Shown here: positions 25,147 to 39,543 of the stretch, piece after piece
Layout: each line of letters starts with the position of its first letter
How positions within the stretch are numbered: position 1 is the first letter of the stretch
Source of the DNA: Octopus sinensis
Taxonomy: Eukaryota
Assembly (NCBI RefSeq): GCF_006345805.1
Contig: NC_043000.1
Coordinates: 82,708,001-82,772,000 of the forward strand
Length of the DNA: 64,000 bases
Reading direction: 5' to 3'
Notes under the pieces: generated by a model
Told to the model about the DNA's origin: nothing
The model's database searches: none
The model's input: the letters and a program-made list of their open reading frames with translations, nothing else
Position numbers and translations under genes: made by a program

Positions 25147-26309
25147 AATACTCGCATACTCCATGTCGGTGTGTGCATAAAAATTTCATCGTATGCAACA
25201 ACAAAGTCATCGTATACAACAACAACAACAAAAAACGTAGATGGAAAGAGAATTCCAGAAGGATGGTGTTCTAGGATAAAATGGTTACTGTAGAGATAGT
25301 CCAAAAAGAAAGACACTGTATGAATGACGAGAGGAAACGAAAAGGATGAATGATGGTTTTATGCAACCAGCTGGTTCAGAGGAATAGAAATTGTTGTAGT
25401 GAATGTAGGTAGAAAAGAGATAGGAAATAACACGTGAAACATTTTAGCATTTAAACCAGCCATATCAAGCCCATATATTCTGCTTTTTTATATTCAAACC
25501 TTACAGATCCGGCCTTTCGCACCTGTCCTACAATGTCATTCTAAAAATAAACAATCACGTCATCGAAACTTTCAAACTACGAAATAATGCATGATTAATT
25601 CGAAACGGTGTGAGTTTTTTCGAGCGCATTCAATGTATTTGACCTTCAAACCCGCCACAAGCCACTTTTTTTCCGGAAAAGAAAGGGGTGGAGGTGTAGT
25701 GACAACCTCGTAGTTTCCCACCAACGGAGTCTTGTTTCGCAGGATTTTGTTTTTCTTTTCCAAGTTATTTGGCATACTTTCAACTAATATGACATCGAAA
25801 TCACGCGTAAATGGCTCCTTTCCCTAGAAAAGGAAAGATTTGGCTGCTATTTCTAGCACGATCTACTACCACGTAGCAGCTATTTGCGATAAAGGACCCG
25901 CCGATATTTTACTGTGAAATATTTTTTGACTCCACCCCACTTTCTTTTCTGGAAAAAAAAAGTAGCTGTATAATTTTTTTTGTACCAGACATCGTTATAA
26001 CGGTAAATGCTAGACAGAATGGTTGACAGAATGAAGAGAGAATGATAGAAATGTGTCGTCGTCGTATAAAATGCCCTTTACTATCTCGTAACTAACGAAC
26101 GCACAAACACACAAAATGTGACGTCGTCGTCGACTAAAATGTCCGTTACTATAGATGACTATAGAAAGATTATTTTCAAGAAAATGTTATATCGTTTCAA
26201 TCCAAATGAAAATAAAAATTAGATTTGATTTGGTGGAGCCGTTTGAGAATGCAGAGGAATCAGACAGATAAACAGACAGACAGACAAAGAAATTTATATA
26301 GAGAGAGAG

Positions 26310-26690
26310 GCTCAGTGAGTTTTTGCCAATCTGTATAGGAGGGAGAGAGGACGCATACAAAATATTAAGAGCAAGAAGTTTTTAGTATTTTGATCATCAG
26401 TGAGAAAGCTGCCAGTCAAACACATGATGCTTTTCTTTTGGTTGCACTCTAGGGTGTTTGCATGAACATGTGCAGACACATCTCCCCAGATATGATAGCA
26501 GTACTCCATTGTAGATATGAATGTGCTACGTAGAGTGTAAAAAGCTGAAGGGTTTTCTGGCTCTGAGGATAAAAGTTGTGTCTTTGGAGTGAATTTCTAA
26601 AGATCATTATATTCTATCAAAGTAAGTATCTACAGTTGCTTTACACGCTTTAAGTGCGTGTCGTTCAAGGTTAGAGGCAGTGAAATAGAA
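26310..26690 (-). mobile_element. CR1/Jockey-like LINE RT C-terminal fragment
   Basis: MEYCYHIWG..TLECNQKKS..SLLYR. Confidence 0.6.
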
Positions 26691-27088
26691 GACTGTGTTC
26701 TTGGTATGTGTAGTGATTGTTACTTTCTTCTAATACAGGAATATGTGAATAAATTTTGAGTAAGAACTGTTAACCAGATTGAATCGACTACATTAGTTCA
26801 GCGAATATATTCAGCCATGAATCCTGACACCTCGACCGAAAGTAAAATTCAAAATGATGGAAGGTGAGATATTTCCTGAAGTTGAAGTACATGTATGTTT
26901 AGAGGATGTTAAAATCATACAATATATTAGTAGTTTGTCGTCGGCAGATGACATGTGTCTAGAACTGTGGCAGCGCCACTGGTCATATGAATGTCTGTTG
27001 CATATATGTTTGAAATATGTGTGTGAGTGGAGAGAGAGAGAGACTGATAAATCACTCACACACACACACACGCACACAATTATATGTG

Positions 27089-27148
<60 letters not shown>

Positions 27149-27769
27149 TGTGCGGAGAGTATTTATAGAGAGAGAGAAAGAGGGAAAAGAGAAACATGTT
27201 TATAGCTATGTATGCATACTGCATATACATATATATATATATGTATATATACATGTATATCTACACACACACACGCACACACACACACACACACACAGCA
27301 AAGCGCACAGATACATCTAAATTTATGTTTGCGCGCATAAGTGTGTGTAAGTGTGCATGTGTGTGTGGGTGTGGGTGTGTGTATTTTGTTTAAGTATATG
27401 ATAAACACGGGCTGCTCTTCCGAACGAGAGTTTCTTTCGATCAGCCTTTTGGTTGAGCATACACATTACCAGGTTGGAAACAAGGTGTTTTATCAAGCAC
27501 ATACCAATAAGAATCAGGACACGAAAGCAAACCAGTGGTCTACACCGAGAAGGGATAAGCACTTAGCAACATCATCAAGTAACCGCCTTAGCTTTTCTAT
27601 ATACTCAAATATTTCCATTCAGTTTCTCCTAAACACGTCTCATATTCCATTCTTAGTGGCCGTACGAAGATCGTAATAGAACTCCCTAGTTACTTCCATT
27701 ATTGAATACATTATCCATCCTTGATCACATACTAGTGCTCATATGCACGCGTACACACAGACGCACACA

Positions 27770-27808
<39 letters not shown>

Positions 27809-27944
27809 ATACACTGACACACGCTTACACTCACACACAAACGCACACATTGCGTTGTTTTTATTTGATTAGATTCAATCTTTGTAGACAACTTTCCAAT
27901 TTGGTGCACAATACATGATATAAGTGTGAAGTATAATAATGGTT

Positions 27945-29290
27945 TCGAATTTTTGACATATGACCATCAATTTTGGGAGAGTGAATAAGTCGAGTACAAC
28001 GACCCCAGTGCTCAACTGGTACTATTTTATCGACTCCAAAAGGGTGAAAGGCAAAGTCGAGCTCAACAGAAATTGAACTCAGAGCGTAAAATCGGACGAA
28101 ATACTCAACACGAAGGTAGCGAGCTGATAGAATCGTTAGCACGCCAGGCATTTACTCTTTTACTTGTTTCAGTCATGTGACTGTGGCCATGCTGGAGCAC
28201 CGCCATTAGTCGAGTAAATCGACCCCCAGGACTTATTCTTTATAAGCCTAGTACTTATTTTATTGGTTTCTTTTACCGAACCGCTAAGTTACGGGGACGT
28301 AAACACACCAGCATCGGTTGTCAAGCGATGTTGGGGTGGGACAAACACAGACACACAAACATATACACACACATACAAATATTTATATATACATATATAT
28401 GACGGGCTTATTTCAGTTTCCGACTACCAAATCCACTCACAAGGCTTTGACCGGCCCGAGGCTATAATAGAAGACATTTGCCCAAGGTGCCACGCAGTGG
28501 AACTGAACCTGGAACCATGTGGTTTTATAAATATTTAGTCTGGCGTGCTAACTATCCTGCCAGCTCGCTACTTTCGTGTTGAGTATAATATTCCTTTCTC
28601 ACAAGGCCTGACATTTTAGGAAGGGGGCTAGTAGATTACATTGACCGCAGTATTCAGCTGGTACTTATTTTAACGACCCCGAAAGATGAAAGACTAAGTC
28701 GATCTCGAAGGAATTTGAATCCAAAACGTAAAATCGGACAAAATACCGCTAATCATTTTGCCTGGCGTGCTAACGATTCTTCCAGCTCGCTGCCTTCGAG
28801 TTGAGTATAGTATTGAGTTTTAGCCAAATATTCTTTCTATTATGAGCGCAAAGCCTGGAATTTCGTGAGAGTCGATTATATCAACCAAGTTGCTCAGTTG
28901 GCACTCATGCTATCGACCTCAAAAAGTTGAAAACAAAATTTGAACTCAGAATATAAAGCTGAAGGAAATGGCACTAAGCATTTTGTCAGGTGCGGTAACG
29001 ATTCTACCAGCTCGCTACCTTCAGTTTCACCCTAATATTGGTATCAAATTTTGGCACAATGCCAAATATTTCGAGGGAGGGGTAAGTTGATTACAGCAAC
29101 GTCGGTGTTCAACTGGTACTTATTTTATTGACCCCAACGTTCAACTTGTACTTATTTTATCCATCTCGAAAGGCTGAAAGGCAAAATCGACGCCGGCAGC
29201 ATTTGAAACCAAAAAGTAAAGAAGGACGAAATGCGGCTAAACATTATTGCTCGGGTTGCTAATGGTTCTGCATGCTCGCAGCCAAGTTTC
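27945..29290 (-). mobile_element. Cluster of degenerate SINE B monomers with a SINE A copy (28150-28525)
   Basis: Repeated GTCGATTATATC..CTGGTACTTATTTTATCGACCCCGAAAG..GAAAGGCAAAGTCGAC modules. Confidence 0.8.
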
Positions 29291-29626
29291 AACTTGATAC
29301 TGACATCTCGTGCCTCACGACTTCCTAGTTGCGAGTATAAAAATCAGTTATGGTACAGCAACGGCCTGCGAGACCAATTTTAGTGTGACCCACCTGATGA
29401 TGAGTCACTCTCATGCGGTCTGATTCTCGAAAAAGGTTTTCCATGCTTGTATAAGTGTATATTTGAAATCCTCTTTTTAATTATCAGAATTTCAAGGCAT
29501 CTGTTTGTATTTTTATTAATATAACCAGTCTAGAGAGAAACAATTGTATCTCGATTTATTAAAAGTTATTTTAACTTACATACACACTGGATTATTTTGT
29601 TCGTTTTTAACTTCATCGTTGTGTGT

Positions 29627-29680
<54 letters not shown>

Positions 29681-30260
29681 GGAGGGAGAGAGAAATTTGA
29701 ATAATTCGCTACGAGATTTCCAGACGCCTGAAGACTGAGAAGTTATACTCAAGACATAATCTATCTTTTTGACACTTCTGTAGGAAAGGAAGCGTCTACC
29801 TATAAATCTATATTTATCTATTCACATATAAACACAATCATTCACACTCCATATATGTACTTGTGTACATAAAGATGTATGTATGTATGTATGTATGTAT
29901 GTATGTATGTATGTATGTATGTATGTATGTATGTATGTATGTATGTATGTATGTGTGTTTATATGTATGTAAACACAAACATACAAGCACAATGACAAGC
30001 AAAGACATATGCAGCTACAACGTGTGTATATAAATGAATGTGTGTGTGCGTGTTGTGTGTGTGTGTGTGTGCATGTGTGTGCGTACGTGTGTTTGTGTTT
30101 GCGTGTATAGATGGCTGGACGGATACAACCTCTTACGCACACATTTACACACAACACACATATATATTATGTGTGTGTGTGTATATATACATATATATAT
30201 ATATATACATACACAAACACACACACACACATCTGTACACACGTATGAATATATGGAGAC

Positions 30261-30340
<80 letters not shown>

Positions 30341-30569
30341 GGAGAGAGAGAGAGAGATGCATACATACATACATATATACATACATACATAGGCAATACC
30401 TCGGCATTACAAGATTTCTGCGGTTGTATATTCACCCTACACCCCTAGCCGGCTGCTATTTTGCAGTAATTTTGTGGTAAATTAAATCGACGCCTGTACT
30501 TCAGAGGAACTGGTAGGTTTTAATGGATACTTCACACATTTTGAACATATATGAATATGTGTGGATGTA

Positions 30570-30955
30570 TTTGAGTAGGGTATGGTCAGAAACTTCCTTC
30601 CCAACCACATAGTTCCGGGTTCAGTCCCACTGCATGTCATCTTGGGCAAGTGACTTCTACTATAGCCTCGGGCCAACCAAAAATTTGTGAGTGGATTTGG
30701 TAGGCGGAAACTCAAAGAAGCTCGTCGCATATATGTATCCATGTACGTATGTATATGCGCGCGCGTGTGTGTGTGTGTGTGTCTTTGTGTCTGTGTTTGT
30801 CCTCCCACCTTCGATTGACAACCGACGTTGGTAACTTAGTGGTTCGGTAATATAGTCTAATAGAATAAGTAGTAAGCTTACAAAGAATAAGTCCTGGAGT
30901 CGATTTCTTCGATTAAAATCCTTTAAGGCGGTGCTTATGACTAAAACAAGTAAAA
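30570..30955 (+). mobile_element. SINE family A with internal microsatellite
   Basis: GGGTTCAGTCCCAC B-box-like motif and CTTGGGCAAGT core. Confidence 0.85.
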
Positions 30956-31569
30956 GAATATATATATGTACATGTATGTTTTGTAGTGGGCACTCGAAAG
31001 CAGTGTTGTGAATTCAATAAATTCTGAGATCAGTTCAAATATGTGTGTGATATAGTTGACTAACATGAAAGACTTTTTCTCTGTAGTTTGCCATGGAGAA
31101 AATCCTCATCAACAAACTGCATTGAAAATGGCTTTTCTAGTCGTCAAATATATGTCACAATTATATTTGAATGAAGCTAAAAATTTGGTGAATATATACT
31201 TACACACGCACACGTACACACACGGATATGCATACATACATACATACATACAAACATACATACATACATACATACATACATACATACATACATACATACA
31301 TACATACATACATACATACTACCTTCGAAACGCAGAGTAGATAAAACAGGGACAACTGAAGAAGGGGAATAATCCGTGTGTTGTATGTCTCTTTTCTCTG
31401 TTTCTTTCCGTTGTTTAAAAAAAAGTTCGTTTCTATGTTTTCGTTTCTCATTGTGTTCAACGTTTTTTTTTTTTTGATGTCCTGTACCCATATATACATG
31501 TATATATACATATATATGTAGGTATGTAGATATACGTATGTATATATGTATGTATTTATATATCATTTG

Positions 31570-31606
<37 letters not shown>

Positions 31607-31687
31607 CTTATTTATGCTGAAATATAATTGTTTTATTGTATACCAAAACTGTCCTCAAATACCCTTCGCAACCTGTTTATCTATATA

Positions 31688-32490
31688 CTAGCTTTAAAGC
31701 CGCCCTTTCGGGCGGCTTTTGAGCTAGCTCCTGTGAAGGGCTCTGCATTAAGTTTTGGGCCCAACAATGACAGTTCATGCATTGCGTACATATTAAATTT
31801 AATAAACTTCAACAATATTTTTCAAGCAATAAGCAATTTTCACCAAAGCAATGATATAATTTTCTGACGTGGAACTTATTGCAAAGGTGCATGATAAACA
31901 ACATTTATTGTCTTCCTATTCGGGGGTCAGTACCTGTTGATTGTTTTCGACTATCACCAGTACCACCACCATCACCACCACAACTGCCATATACACACCA
32001 TTCAGACTTCTGATGCCTCCACCATCAATACCTTTGAATTTACCTACATCTCAAATTTCATTCAAATCGAATAAATAATATAAAAGTTACGGCCAAAAAT
32101 AAAATCATTATGGGTATTTGCACGCTAAACCCTATTCATTTTATAAAACCACTGCTCAGTCGCAATTATTGATTTTGGGTCAACGCCATATACTGACATC
32201 AACTCATTGCTCTGAGCCTCGCTCACTCATCGATTTTCATCAATATCAGTCAAAAAATACAAAAGCTGCAGAAAAAATAACACCGTTATGAAAATTTCCC
32301 TTCAAACGCCCGATTGAGCTCACAAAAATCGATGCCAACTGAGTATTATGGAGTTTTCGAAAACTTCCGGCCTTATTTGAACTTCAGGGCATGTGATCTA
32401 CCTATGTGCCAAAAATCATTAAAATCGGTTGGACGGTGTGGTAGGAGTTAGAGTAATCCCAAACACACAGACAGACAGACACCATTGCAC
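31688..32490 (-). mobile_element. Non-autonomous Helitron
   Basis: GC hairpin GCCGCCC-GAAA-GGGCGGC a few nt before CTAG|T on the minus strand; 5' end blurred by microsatellite. Confidence 0.65.
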
Positions 32491-32824
32491 ATTTATGTGT
32501 GTATGTATATATATATACACACACACATATATATGCACGTATCTATATGTACGTACATACATACATACATACGAAAGTATGTGCGTGTGCTCGCGCACGC
32601 ATGTGTGCATACACTCACTGCTGTCGCAGAAACACACATACATATATGCATGCATACTCGCATAAACAAAAAGTCGTGAAGGTAAAGTATTTTGCATATA
32701 TATAATTTATTGATATGTGTATTCTCTTCAAGTAACTGTCCTGCTAAACAACAAATCATGCAAGCATACAACCCGACAGACAAAAAGTAAACAGACGGAC
32801 ATACATAAATACATACATATATAT

Positions 32825-33050
32825 TTCTTTACTACCCACAAGGGGCTAAACACAGAGGGGACAAACAAGGACAGACAAAGGGATTAAGTCGATTCCATAG
32901 ACCCCAGTGCGTAACTGGTACTTAATTTATCGACCCCGAAAGGATGAAAGGCAAAGTCAACCTCGGCGGAATTTGAACTCAGAACGTAACGGTAGACGAA
33001 ATACGGCTACGCATTTCGCCCGGCGTGCTACCGTTTCTGCCAGCTCGCCT
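32825..33050 (-). mobile_element. SINE family B (first monomer and linker)
   Basis: Matches other copies. Confidence 0.85.
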
Positions 33051-33814
33051 TGCATACGTACGTACACACACATACATACATATTTACATGCATGCATGCA
33101 TGCTTGCATAAGTACGTACCTACCTACATACATACATACATATGTACACGTGCACATATACACACACACATACATATGTACACGTGCACATACTCACACA
33201 CACATACATACATACATACATACATGCATACATACATGCACGCATACACGCATACATACATGCATGAACTCTTCAGTCGATGATGACAGATAAGGTCGCT
33301 GCAGCTTATTGATGAACAACTTGTACAGATGACTTGTTTATGCTTATCAAATGTCTGTGCTGTACAGTCGCTAACTCAGTCCATCAAACTGGCGTTAACT
33401 GTACAGGTGCAAGTGAACTGGAGCAGTATGAAATGAAGTGCTTTGCTCAAGAACACAACGCACCGTACACATAAAGAAAACCCAACATTGAGGGCTCTTT
33501 TAAGCCTGTATTTTTATTTGTATTGCTTTTACGTCCTGTTTTTGTCACTTTTTTTCTTTCCTTTTTTTACCCCTCTGCAAAAGAATTTTATTTATTTCAT
33601 TTTTCAGGAAGGACTGCTTCGGCCGGATCGTGTTCTGCCCTTATCTTCGAAACACGCATTGAATCGAACCAGGGGCAGCTGATGAAGGGGAATATTCCTT
33701 GTATTGTTGTCTTGTACCCTGTTTTTTCGTTGTTAAAAAAAGGCCGTTTCCTTGTTTGTTTTTATGTTTTCGTTTCTCGTTGTGTTCTACGTTTATTTGT
33801 GGTGGCCTGTATTC

Positions 33815-33878
<64 letters not shown>

Positions 33879-34053
33879 TTTTGCTACCCTTATATTTATT
33901 AATTAATGATTTTTTGGCTAATTTTGAAATTAAATTAGCAGTTTATATTTGCTGCTGAGAAGACCGCGCGATTGCGGTAAGATTTGAAAATTTAGAGCAT
34001 ATGTACTGGAGGCTTCTTTACCATAGCCTCGTGGACATATACTCGTCCTAGGC

Positions 34054-34154
34054 TCTCTGCTGACGAGGCACGCCAGATGTAGATGAATTTAATTTAATTT
34101 AATTTAATTAATTCATTTGCCAAAGTTTTGCCGAAACTATGCATAGTCCGGAGA
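34054..34154 (+). ncRNA. Type I hammerhead with GUC triplet and palindromic stem III
   Basis: tctctg CTGACGA GGCA..TGCC GAAAC TATGCATA GTC cggaga. Confidence 0.85.
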
Positions 34155-34349
34155 TGAAAGGGGTAAACGTTTTTATTTCTCTGTCTATTTCAGAATTACA
34201 ACTACTTAGCGGTATGAGTTTTGGCTGCTCTTTCTAGTGAGTCGAATGTCCTATATGGCCATTCCTTATATTGTTGTGTATATATATATATATATATATA
34301 TACCGGAGTAAACACATAAATGTGAAACAAGGTGGAATTCTAGCAAAAA

Positions 34350-34387
34350 CTGTCTGATGAACGGCAACGAGAAACTCAGAGTAACAG
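34350..34387 (+). ncRNA. Minimal type I hammerhead
   Basis: ctgt CTGATGA a-cg gcaa cg-a GAAAC tcaga GTA acag; the unit is flanked by (TA)n. Confidence 0.7.
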
Positions 34388-34420
34388 ATTTTGTTGAATT
34401 TTCTGCTGCTTAAAATAAAG

Positions 34421-34468
<48 letters not shown>

Positions 34469-34620
34469 TGTATATATACATATAGATGTAGGTATTTACA
34501 TATATGTATGTATGTATGCATATGTTTTATTTGTTAAATTGTTATTATATGACTGAGCGCCTCGCGTCGTTTCTTATCCTCCAAGTAAGTTTATATATAT
34601 ATTGTATATATATATATATA

Positions 34621-34679
<59 letters not shown>

Positions 34680-34901
34680 TATATATATATGTGCATTCAG
34701 TCATACTTATATAGAGAGACAGGGAGAGAGGGGGAGAGAGAGGCGGAGAAACAGACAGACAGATAGACTGACAGACATCTGGACATATATATATATATGC
34801 ATAGGGTGATACACACAGAGAGCGGGGAGAGAGAGGGAAGAGAGAAAAGGAGGAGAGAGAGAGAGGGAGAGAAAGAGAAAGACAGGCAGAGTGACCGAGA
34901 A

Positions 34902-34944
<43 letters not shown>

Positions 34945-35212
34945 AACTGACAGTGGCACCACAAACAAATGGTATTTTATCGATTTTTACCTCAAGATGT
35001 TTTATTTTTCCTCTAATATTAATTTATCTATTTGGCAGTTATCGTTATTGGAATGACAATTATGTTGATGTTGTTGTTGGTTTTGTTGTCAGTGACATTG
35101 TTGTTGCTGTTTTGTTTTGGTGGTGGTGGTGTGATTATCAGTGTTATTGCTGCTTTTGCTGTCGTTGTTGTCATTATTGTCGTTGTTGTTGTGGTTATCA
35201 TTATTGTCTTGG

Positions 35213-35261
<49 letters not shown>

Positions 35262-35574
35262 CGTCGCTGTTACTATGTTGCTACTATTGTCAGTAGTGCT
35301 TTTGTTGTTTTTTCTTGTTGTTGCTGTTGTTGTTGTTGATGATGATGTTACTATTTAATGCTGTTGATGTAGCATCTGTTTTTGGCTTTACTACTTACTA
35401 ATGTAGACAATAGTTATACGTACATATTTTCTTAAACACATACATACATGCATACAAACAGACAGACAGACAGATAGACAGACTGGCTGACAGACAGACA
35501 TATGGAAAAAGACTGTCCTAGAATCAAAAAAGAGATTCCTCCTGTTAATGAATACATGCACAAATATCAGCACA

Positions 35575-35850
35575 AGGAATAATGGTGGACATTCCTATCA
35601 AAACATGTCAAGTGTTAAATATAACGGGCCAAATATTGTTGTTTGGGACGACAAGAAAAAGTATGTACCATCTTGTAGGTCAGCTGTCCTGTGGGTGTGA
35701 ATATCTCTTTAAAAATCAAGAAAAAAGAGGATAACTATGAATTACTGCTCTGCGATCCCCAGCTTCTATATCCAGATTATAAATTCACATTTATACCAAT
35801 AATTATTGGTGCTCTTGGTTTTGTGAATAAATGTTTAAGTGAGCTTTGTG
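35575..35850 (+). mobile_element. RLE-domain fragment of an R4/NeSL-like non-LTR element
   Basis: YNGPNIVVWDDKKK..SCP..KIKKKEDNY..LYPDYKFTFIPIIIGALG. Confidence 0.65.
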
Positions 35851-35954
35851 TCTTTATTAGAAACGAGTTACTTCCTCAAATTACGTATTCAGATAATTAA
35901 AAACAGAAGAGAATGCACATATTTACATGCATATATACGGTGCAGAGATTTTTT

Positions 35955-36780
35955 TTTTTTTATTTGGAAGGCGTACGGTCTTCTGTTGCGTACTCTGTCT
36001 ATCCATGGATGCACAACTTTCTCCAACAACTCTATGTAGTCTGCAGCATTAACTCTTAAGCTCTGTGAAAAAAAAGTGAGGGCATGGCATCTCCACGTTG
36101 CTGTCTCATCCCAGAACCACCAGAGTTCTTGGGAACTTGGTATGCATGACCGTTGGAATCTCATATCTGTCTGTCGTTCTTTTTGTTTACCTTTAGATCC
36201 TGATCGAAGTTTTTTTCTTATCGGTGAAAAACTAAAATATTCCAGCCTCTTGATGTTTTAGCATGTTTAGCAAACGCTTTGCACGGATCGAACTATTCTC
36301 TCTCGTCACATCCGACATAAACTGACCTCTTCGAATCATATACTTCTATCGGATATCCTTATGAAACCTTGAAATCTTTCTGGTGTCCTTCCGAAACCTT
36401 GAAATCCTTTGCAATGGCTTTGATTGACTTTCTGGAGTTTTTATCGATTATTTCTTGAACTTTTTGTACAAAGTTATGTCTTCTTATTGTATTAGGACCC
36501 TGTACATGTGCTTTGCATTAAGCTGCTGATGTTGGATCTCCATCAGCAGCTTCCAGCTCTTTTCGAACAGCAAAGTATGAATCAACTTTCAGGAAGTCAG
36601 CCATCTCTATATCATTATGCTGCGCTTTTAAGGCAACTATTACAGTGAGCCTTTTCATTTGCTGAGTCAGCTTGATGTCTGACCAAAAATTCTATGTGAA
36701 ATGCAGCAGGATTTTCTGATGATGCTAGAATATTTACTCTATATATTGACATTATATGCTATGTCTATTTGTGTGCCGGA
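35955..36780 (-). mobile_element. Tc1/mariner transposase remnant (maT/DD37D-like)
   Basis: MHTKFP..FFSQSLRVNAADYIELLEKVVHPWI..RPYAFQ; truncated. Confidence 0.65.
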
Positions 36781-36989
36781 AATCACGGTAATTCTTTCGG
36801 TTATGATGCTCTGAAAAGGAATTGGGTATTAATTCCTTCACCTAAGATAAAAATGCATACGTATAAGTCAACAATTACAGCGTGCTTTCTAATTAGCTAA
36901 ACCAATTTCATATCTGACATTATTTATCTATAAAGTTAAAGAGAGGAAAAAAAAGAAGAAAGTTACAGGTCTTAAAAGAGGTGTTCTCA

Positions 36990-37320
36990 AACACTGAGGC
37001 ACTTTGTATACATGATTGTGTGTGTGAGTATGTGTGTGTGCATGTGTGTGTGTGAAGATGAAAGGTCCTTCCCGAATCATAGTCTTATGAAGCCGGTTTC
37101 CCGGATTACGTGGCGTATATATTCCCCACTCCGCACGGGACAGAACGGCGCTCTGTCGCAAGGTTACTCATTTTTGCCATCTGAGTGGACTGGAGCAACG
37201 TGAAATGAAGTGTTTTGCTCAAGAACACAATGCATCGATCGGTCCAGGAATCGAAAAAAATAGCCATATGATCGTGACTGTAACACCCTAACCACTAAAC
37301 CACGCACCTCCACACATGCA
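36990..37320 (-). mobile_element. tRNA-derived SINE (family C head, CORE-like body)
   Basis: TGGTTTAGTGG A-box, TTCGATTCC B-box, TTCTTGAGCAAAACACTT. Confidence 0.7.
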
Positions 37321-37680
37321 TACAAACATACTGCTTCCCAACCACATGGTTCCGGGTTCAGTGCCATTGCGTGGCACCTTCGGCAAGTGTCTTCTACGAT
37401 TGTCCCGAGTCGACCAAAGCCTTGTGAGTGGGCCTGGTAGACGGAAACTGAAAGAAGCCCGTCGAGTTTACGTATATATGTTTGTGTGTGTGTTAGACTC
37501 CCGCCACTACTTGATAGATGGTATTGGTGAGTTTACGTCCCCGTAACCTATCGATTCTACATCGGTAGAATAAGTACCGGGCTTTAAAAATGTACAGTGG
37601 CCGATTCATTCAACTAAAATTCTTCAAAGTCGTGCCCCAGCATGGCTGCAGTCTAATGACTGTAACAAGTAAGTGATAAA
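37320..37680 (+). mobile_element. SINE family A
   Basis: Matches other copies. Confidence 0.85.
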
Positions 37681-37704
37681 ATAAAATATATGTATGTATG
37701 TATG

Positions 37705-37802
<98 letters not shown>

Positions 37803-37861
37803 TATATATACACACATACATACATACATATACACATACATACATACATACATATACACAC

Positions 37862-37893
<32 letters not shown>

Positions 37894-38369
37894 GTACATA
37901 TATATATATATAAACACACATATATAAAAATACAAAATGGGACACGAACGCAAAACATAAAGATAGACGATACAAAGAAAACAAGGACCTGTCATTCGGA
38001 GTTTTCTTCCCTCAGTCGAATTCCAGATTATCTTTGCATTCGGCTGGTTATACTCGAGATCGCTCCAATCTGGCCAGCTCCAAAGAAAAACTAAGCTAAG
38101 AGCATTAGATTCGTTGGAAGAGAGCAACGAATATATACGAAAACAAGGACGGGAAAAAAATAAAGAATGTTACAGAAATGCAAATAACAGGACATAACAA
38201 CAGGTGTCTTTCGACTAAGGACGAATTAATTTAAGCTTGCGTGTGCGGAAATAAAGTCTTACGGCAGTGGTCTCCCTGTCATTTTTTCTCGCCCCTCCTT
38301 CAGTCTTCTGTCCCTCTGCCTCTACCTTTCTCTCTTCTCTTCCCACGTGACCGGTGTTCGGCCAAGGGT

Positions 38370-38528
38370 GATCTTTTTTTCTAATACTTATTCTATCGGT
38401 TCTCTTTTGCTGAACCCCTAGGTTACGGCGACGTAAACACACTAACATTGGTTGTCAAGCGACGGTGGGAGAACAAACACAGACACGCAAATACATACAT
38501 ACACACATACACGCACACACACACACTT

Positions 38529-38604
<76 letters not shown>

Positions 38605-38765
38605 GACGAGCTTCTTTCAATTTCCGTCTACCAAATCCACTCACAAGGCTTTGGTCGGCCCGAGGTTGTAGTAGAAGACACTTGCCCACGATACCACGCA
38701 GTGGGATTGAACCCAGCACCATGTGGTTGGAAAGCAAGGTTCTTATCACAGCCGCTCCTGCGCCT
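38370..38765 (-). mobile_element. SINE family A with expanded internal (CA)n(TA)n
   Basis: Matches other copies. Confidence 0.85.
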
Positions 38766-39502
38766 GTATGTGTGTGTGTGTGTATGTCTGTCTGTCTGTC
38801 TGTCTGTCTGTGTATATGTATGCATGTATGTATGTATGTATGTATGTATGTATGTATGTATGTATGTATGTATGTATGTATGTATTATAGCTACTTCAGA
38901 CCATCACGAAGGACTACTCAGTCGGTAATCTCATTGTTTTCATTATATTCTTTATTTGCTTCTTTGTTTGTTTGTTTGGTTGTTTGTTTGTTTCATTGTT
39001 GTTTTTGTTTTGTTTTGTTTTTATTTTGTTTTTTTCTCATTTTTGAAAATCTATTTTGGAACTGACCGAAAAACTATGTTGATGATTCGGGATTCCCTAC
39101 ATCTTCCTTCCTTACCTCTACCTCCCACCATCACCACCATCACACCCCATCACCACAGCCCCACATCACCGCACTACACCACTCCACTACGTCACTCCCA
39201 CTCCCACCACTACATCTGCACAGCACACCATTACCCAACCTTACCATTTCCACACCATCCACAACAGTGCATCACAAGCCCAACACCACTCCAACACACC
39301 ACACCAACACCCATGGTAATACCACTGACCGATTTAATTAACATTTCACCAAAAACAACCAAAAAACATTCCTTTTTGTTTTATTTTTAGTTTGCATTTT
39401 TTATTCATCTCTTTACTTCTCTATGTCTTCTTCATTTTTCGTTGCTTTATTTTCCTTCTTTTTCTTTTTCTTTTCCAATTCTCTTTCTCTCTCTCGCGCG
39501 CG

Positions 39503-39543
<41 letters not shown>

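Noticed and set aside
27420-27700. Possible integrase C-terminal fragment (YQVGNKVFYQ)
   Set aside because: A single weak motif.
29390-29440. CTGATGA...CTCGAAA
   Set aside because: Stems I and III do not pair.
31325-31400. GAAAC..GTA..CTGAAGA (also 33645-33715), apparent type II hammerhead
   Set aside because: No stem I hairpin; probably degenerate pLTR remnants.
37985-38280. Two hammerhead-like remnants on the minus strand
   Set aside because: Multiple core mismatches and unpaired stem I; the region is plausibly a pLTR but this is unsupported.
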